DNA of 64,000 nucleotides from Macrostomum lignano (taxonomy: Eukaryota). Positions 60,095 to 64,000 of the stretch are shown piece by piece (position 1 is the stretch's first letter; every line of letters begins with the position of its first letter). The stretch is from the NCBI GenBank assembly GCA_002269645.1, contig NIVC01000591.1, positions 372,001-436,000 on the forward strand, in the 5' to 3' direction. The position numbers and the translations under genes are program-made. A model generated the notes under the pieces. That model was not told the DNA's origin. It did not search any database and saw nothing but the letters and a program-made list of their open reading frames with translations.

Positions 60095-63000
60095 TTATCT
60101 GCTCACGTAGCCTTCGGGAGCTTCAATGCTGCCAGCTGACGAAGGGTCCTCCTGATGCAGAAGCGACTGCGCTGTGTCATAGGGCAGCCCAGCCGAAACA
60201 AGCTGGAATGTTAGAGGAAAGGTGTGTACATTGGGGTGGTGGGGGAGGTGTGTACATTGGGGTGGTAGGGGAGGTGTGTACATTGGGGTGGTAGGGGAGG
60301 TGTGTACATTGGGGTGGTGGGGGAGGTGTGTACATTGGGGTGGTAGGGGAGGTGTGTACATTGGGGTGGTAGGGGAGGTGTGTACATTGGGGTGGTAGGG
60401 GAGGTGTGTACATTGGGGTGGTAGGGGAGGTGTGCACATTGGGGTGGTAGGGGAGGTGTGCACATTGGGGTGGTAGGGGAGGTGTGTACATTGGGGTGGT
60501 AAGGGAGGTGTGCACATTGGGGTGGTAAGGGAGGTGTGCACATTGGGGTGGTGGGGGAGGTGTGTGTACATTGGGGTGGTAAGGGAGGTGTGTACATTGG
60601 GGTGGTAGGGGAGGTGTGTACATTGGGGTGGTAAGGGAGGTGTGTACATTGGGGTGGTGGGGGAGGTGTGTACATTGGGGTGGTGGGGAGGTGTGTACAT
60701 TGGGGTGGTGGGGGAGGTGTGTACATTGGGGTGGTAGGGGAGGTGTGTACATTGGGGTGGTGGGGAGGTGTGTACATTGGGGTGGTAGGGGAGGTGTGCA
60801 CATTGGGATGGTAGGGGAGGTGTGTACATTGGGGGCGGCAAGGCAAGTATGTACATTGACAACCAGTCAGTATGCTAAAACCGGCTACATAAACTTCATA
60901 GCCATGAATTTAAAAGCGACTCACCGTCGCGTCGGGTTCAGAAATGTACTTTTGTGGGTCAGACAATGGCACTGCTTCAGCTCGACGCCGCATTGTCCAG
61001 CGTCTAACAGCCATAGCAACGCCAATTGCAGAGACAATTAAAATTGAACCTACAACAAGCAGAACCAGATACCAGGATGAAAAACCGGATGAACCTTCAG
61101 CCGTTGCAAAAGCAGAAACAGGCAAAACTGGACACGCAACACTTCCGCGAATTTGCCAGGTCTCTTTGGAAAATCCTCGATTACCGGTCACGTGACCAGA
61201 CCGGTTGCAGTCTGCGATTAAGTTTGTTGAGTTCACCAGGCAGCTGACAAATGTCTGACTGTCCGAACCACCAGAGCAAGCAGCTGTCAAAGGTGGCAGG
61301 TGAATTGATCGATTTGGCAAACTTGAATTCTCGCCGTAAGATGTAGAGGCAAAGATTGCCAAAGTTGACTCAAACTTGAGGCTAAGCATGGAGGAGTTGA
61401 GGACAATGCTGAGATATGAGGCTGTTGAGAATTTCTTGGAAACAGCCAGCGTTTCACTCTGATTGGTGCCGAGGTTTGCGACTCTGTAGAGCAGGACTCG
61501 GCCGTTCCTGCAGCTCCTGCGGCGATTTTAAAGGGCGATTTTTACAAACAATTCTGAAGAGGCGATTCTGAAGAGGCGATTCTGAAGAGGCGATTTTGAA
61601 GAGGCGATTCTTCGAGGTGAAAAAGCAAAAAGATGGGAATATCGGAAATAATTAGTAGGACCAATCGATCACCTATCCTGTAATTTACAGCAGATGATAA
61701 AGTTGCAAAAAAACGAAAGCGCTCTCTCACCTGTCTGAAGCTGGGAACACCAGCTGGTTGGGAGGCAGCAGAAATGCCTCATCAAGCTCCGGGTTGCAGG
61801 GCAGCCACTCCCCTGATCTGCCACTGCCGCTCGAGTTGTCGCTCCAGTGGCCGCTGAAGTGCCGCGGTCTGCACCGGACGGTCACTGAGTACTCCGTGTC
61901 GGGACTGACTGCAACGGACACGGCTGTGGAGTTGGTTGCGAGGCTGCGGCCGTCAGACAGAAGCACCTGGTAGCTGTACTCCTGGTTGCCAGGCAACGGT
62001 GAGCTTGGTGCCGTCCAGCTGATGTTGAGCTGCTGGGGCTCAAAGTGGAGGGCCAGCTTCCTGACAGGGCTGGGCTTCTCTGGAATGCCATTTGGAATGA
62101 TCCCGGTTATGACTAAGTGATCCCAGTGTTGCCTGAATGATCCCAGTGCTGCCTGAATGATCCCAGTGCTATCTGAGTGATCACAGTGCTACCTGAATGA
62201 TCTCTAAAGCAAGGAAAACTTACCCTTGTCACGAAGGTCAAACACAGAAGACTCATTAACACACCAGCCCAGCTGATTGCACAAGCTCAGAGTCAGCCGG
62301 ACAATGTCAGGTCCATACTCAGATGACTGGTGAATCATGCCAAATTCGCAGAAACCAGAGCTGTCGCAGGTGCAGCTGCAATCGGCCTCTTTGCGGGACA
62401 AACTGCAAAAATTTATGGAAGTTGCTATTGTTACTGATTCAGATTGTGCCCTCACTTTATTGTAATAAAGGCAAAAGTAACAGGAAATATGCATTGAGTA
62501 ATCAGAAGTAAAGCCAACATTCAGGAGGAGAGGTATGACAGATTAGCTGAGAGATAATTATTCATAAAAGTAACCACTTTATCCTTAAAGTGCATTGGAA
62601 CCTTTAACTGCAGTATCAATATTTACAGTGGCGTAGACACTGAGGATCTGGGAGGCTGGCCGAGCAACTGAGGATCTGGGAGGCTGGCCCAGCAACTGAG
62701 GATCTGGGAGGCTTGCCCAGCAACTGAGGATCTGGGAGGCTGGTGGCCCAGCAACTGAGGATCTGGGAGGCTGGTGGCCCAGCAACTGAGGATCTGGGAG
62801 GCTGGTGGCCCAGCAACTGATGATCTGGGAGGCTGGCCCAGCAACTGAGGATCTGGGAGGCTGGTGGCCCAGCAACTGAGGATTTGGGAGGCTGGTGGCC
62901 CAGCAACTGAGGATCTGGGAGGCTGGTGGCCCAGCAACTGAGGATCTGGGAGGCTGCATAGCAACTGAGGATCTTGGAGTTTGGCAGTGACCCAGCAACT

Positions 63001-63669
63001 GAGGGTTTGGGAAAAAAGGCAATTTTTAATCTTTATCGAATTTAATAAAAATGATTTAGAGTTTGAAACGATAAGGCATACGGTTTTAAGTAACATGAAA
63101 ACATAAAAAATTACATACATTTACGTACAGAACACCATAAATAACACACATGACAAAAAAGCGTGCATCGTTACATATAACACCTATAAATGAATTTTAT
63201 AAACAAATCGAAATGCCATAACGATAACGATAATAAATAAGCCAAACTACCTATGCTTAACCAACTAGTAAACGTGATGACATACCTCAGATGCACTGAA
63301 AGCACATGATTTGCTTCTGCTCACACTTCAGCATCAGAACCCGACTACAAACAGGCGTTTAGAATAGCAAAAAAATAAATGCCATAATTTATAATCAATT
63401 AAGAGCCTCGTGCAACAGAAAAGCTACAAAAGGCGATTTTAAAAGTGGCAAACTAAGATAAAACAAATACATACTACTATAAATAGGGGAAATCAGTAGT
63501 ATATAGAGAGGACACAGACTGAAAAAATGATATAAAGAACAATCTATAAAGAGTAAATCAGAAACATCGATACAACAGCTACCTGACATCATCATTAGTA
63601 AAGAAGAGATCTGGCGATGCAGCTGGTTGACATGCCGAGCAGATCTCATCCAATCGAATGATCTGCGTT
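60095..63669 (-). CDS. Type I cytokine-receptor-like (gp130/domeless-type) FN3 membrane protein, 5'-incomplete
   Basis: complement(join(60095..60202,60925..61516,61731..62079,62224..62402,63583..63669)); phases 2,1,2,0 all agree. LCNQLGW...FDLRDKEKPSPVRKL...LNISWTAP...PDTEYSVTVRCRP..SGHWSDNS, a second FN3 (RNGRVLLYRV), TM YLVLLVVGSILIVSAIGVAMAV followed by RR, and a Tyr-containing tail. The last exon could splice further (TAC|GTGAGC). Confidence 0.75.
60222..60835. repeat. 26-bp G-rich intronic minisatellite (GGGGAGGTGTGTACATTGGGGTGGTA)n
   Basis: About 24 units in intron 60203..60924. Confidence 0.96.
61520..61615. repeat. 14-bp intronic repeat (GAAGAGGCGATTCT)n
   Basis: About 5 units next to the acceptor at 61517. 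Confidence 0.8.
62098..62201. repeat. 20-bp intronic repeat (TGATCCCAGTGCTGCCTGAA)n
   Basis: About 5 units filling most of the 144-bp intron 62080..62223. Confidence 0.9.
62640..63008. repeat. 28/31-bp minisatellite (GGCCCAGCAACTGAGGATCTGGGAGGCTGGT)n
   Basis: About 12 units. Confidence 0.94.
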
Positions 63670-63724
63670 CTGCAGGTTAATTCAGTTTCTCTGGTCTAAG
63701 TTTAGGAGTTGCTGAGTGCGTGTC

Positions 63725-63895
63725 ACCCTTGGTGCTGGCGCCCCTTGGTGCTGGCGCCCCTTGGTGCTGGCGCCCCTTGGTGCTGGGCGCCCCTTGGTGC
63801 TGGCGCCCCTTGGTGCTGGCGCCCCTTGGTGCTGGCGCCCCTTGGTGCTGGCGCCCCTTGGTGCTGGCACCCCTTGGTGCTGGCGCCCCTTGGTG
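63725..63895. repeat. 17-bp GGCGCC-core minisatellite (CCCTTGGTGCTGGCGCC)n
   Basis: About 10 units. Confidence 0.94.
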
Positions 63896-64000
63896 ACTCT
63901 ATTTTACAGCAAGACAAAATTTACCAAATAACTGAATAATCGCTAAATCTATGGGGTGGATTTCTAACAAAATGGTGTCTATTATAGGATTGCACAGTCT

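Overview
Repeat-rich eukaryotic (animal) genomic DNA with GT-AG introns packed with minisatellites and GC-rich coding exons. An invertebrate such as the flatworm Macrostomum is my best guess, but this is inference only. Genes supported, left to right: a secreted PAN/Apple + C-type lectin protein (+); a partial thyroglobulin-type-1 + SEA domain gene (-) whose SEA domain appears split by an ~11.6 kb satellite-filled intron; an uncharacterised low-complexity protein (-) head-to-head with a DNAJB6-like chaperone (+); MRPL55 (-); V-ATPase subunit c, ATP6V0C (-); two tandem three-exon genes (+); a THADA/Trm732-like helical protein with a coding octapeptide repeat (-); and a gp130/domeless-type cytokine-receptor-like gene (-, 5' end outside the window). 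The most notable system is the tandem pair at 37272-41013 and 43735-51863. In each, a single-exon ankyrin array (about 13 vs about 23 repeats, variable at the binding surface) splices in frame to a Mab-21/cGAS-like (cGLR) nucleotidyltransferase with all three catalytic aspartates present. The ORF track shows these as separate ORFs, but splice-site phases join them into 1117-aa and 1459-aa sensor-enzyme fusions. About 27 tandem-repeat arrays, a tRNA-derived SINE with 14-bp TSDs, a foldback element and a decayed RNase H retroelement account for most of the rest. All exon joins, counts and identities were worked out by hand and have not been checked against transcripts or databases.
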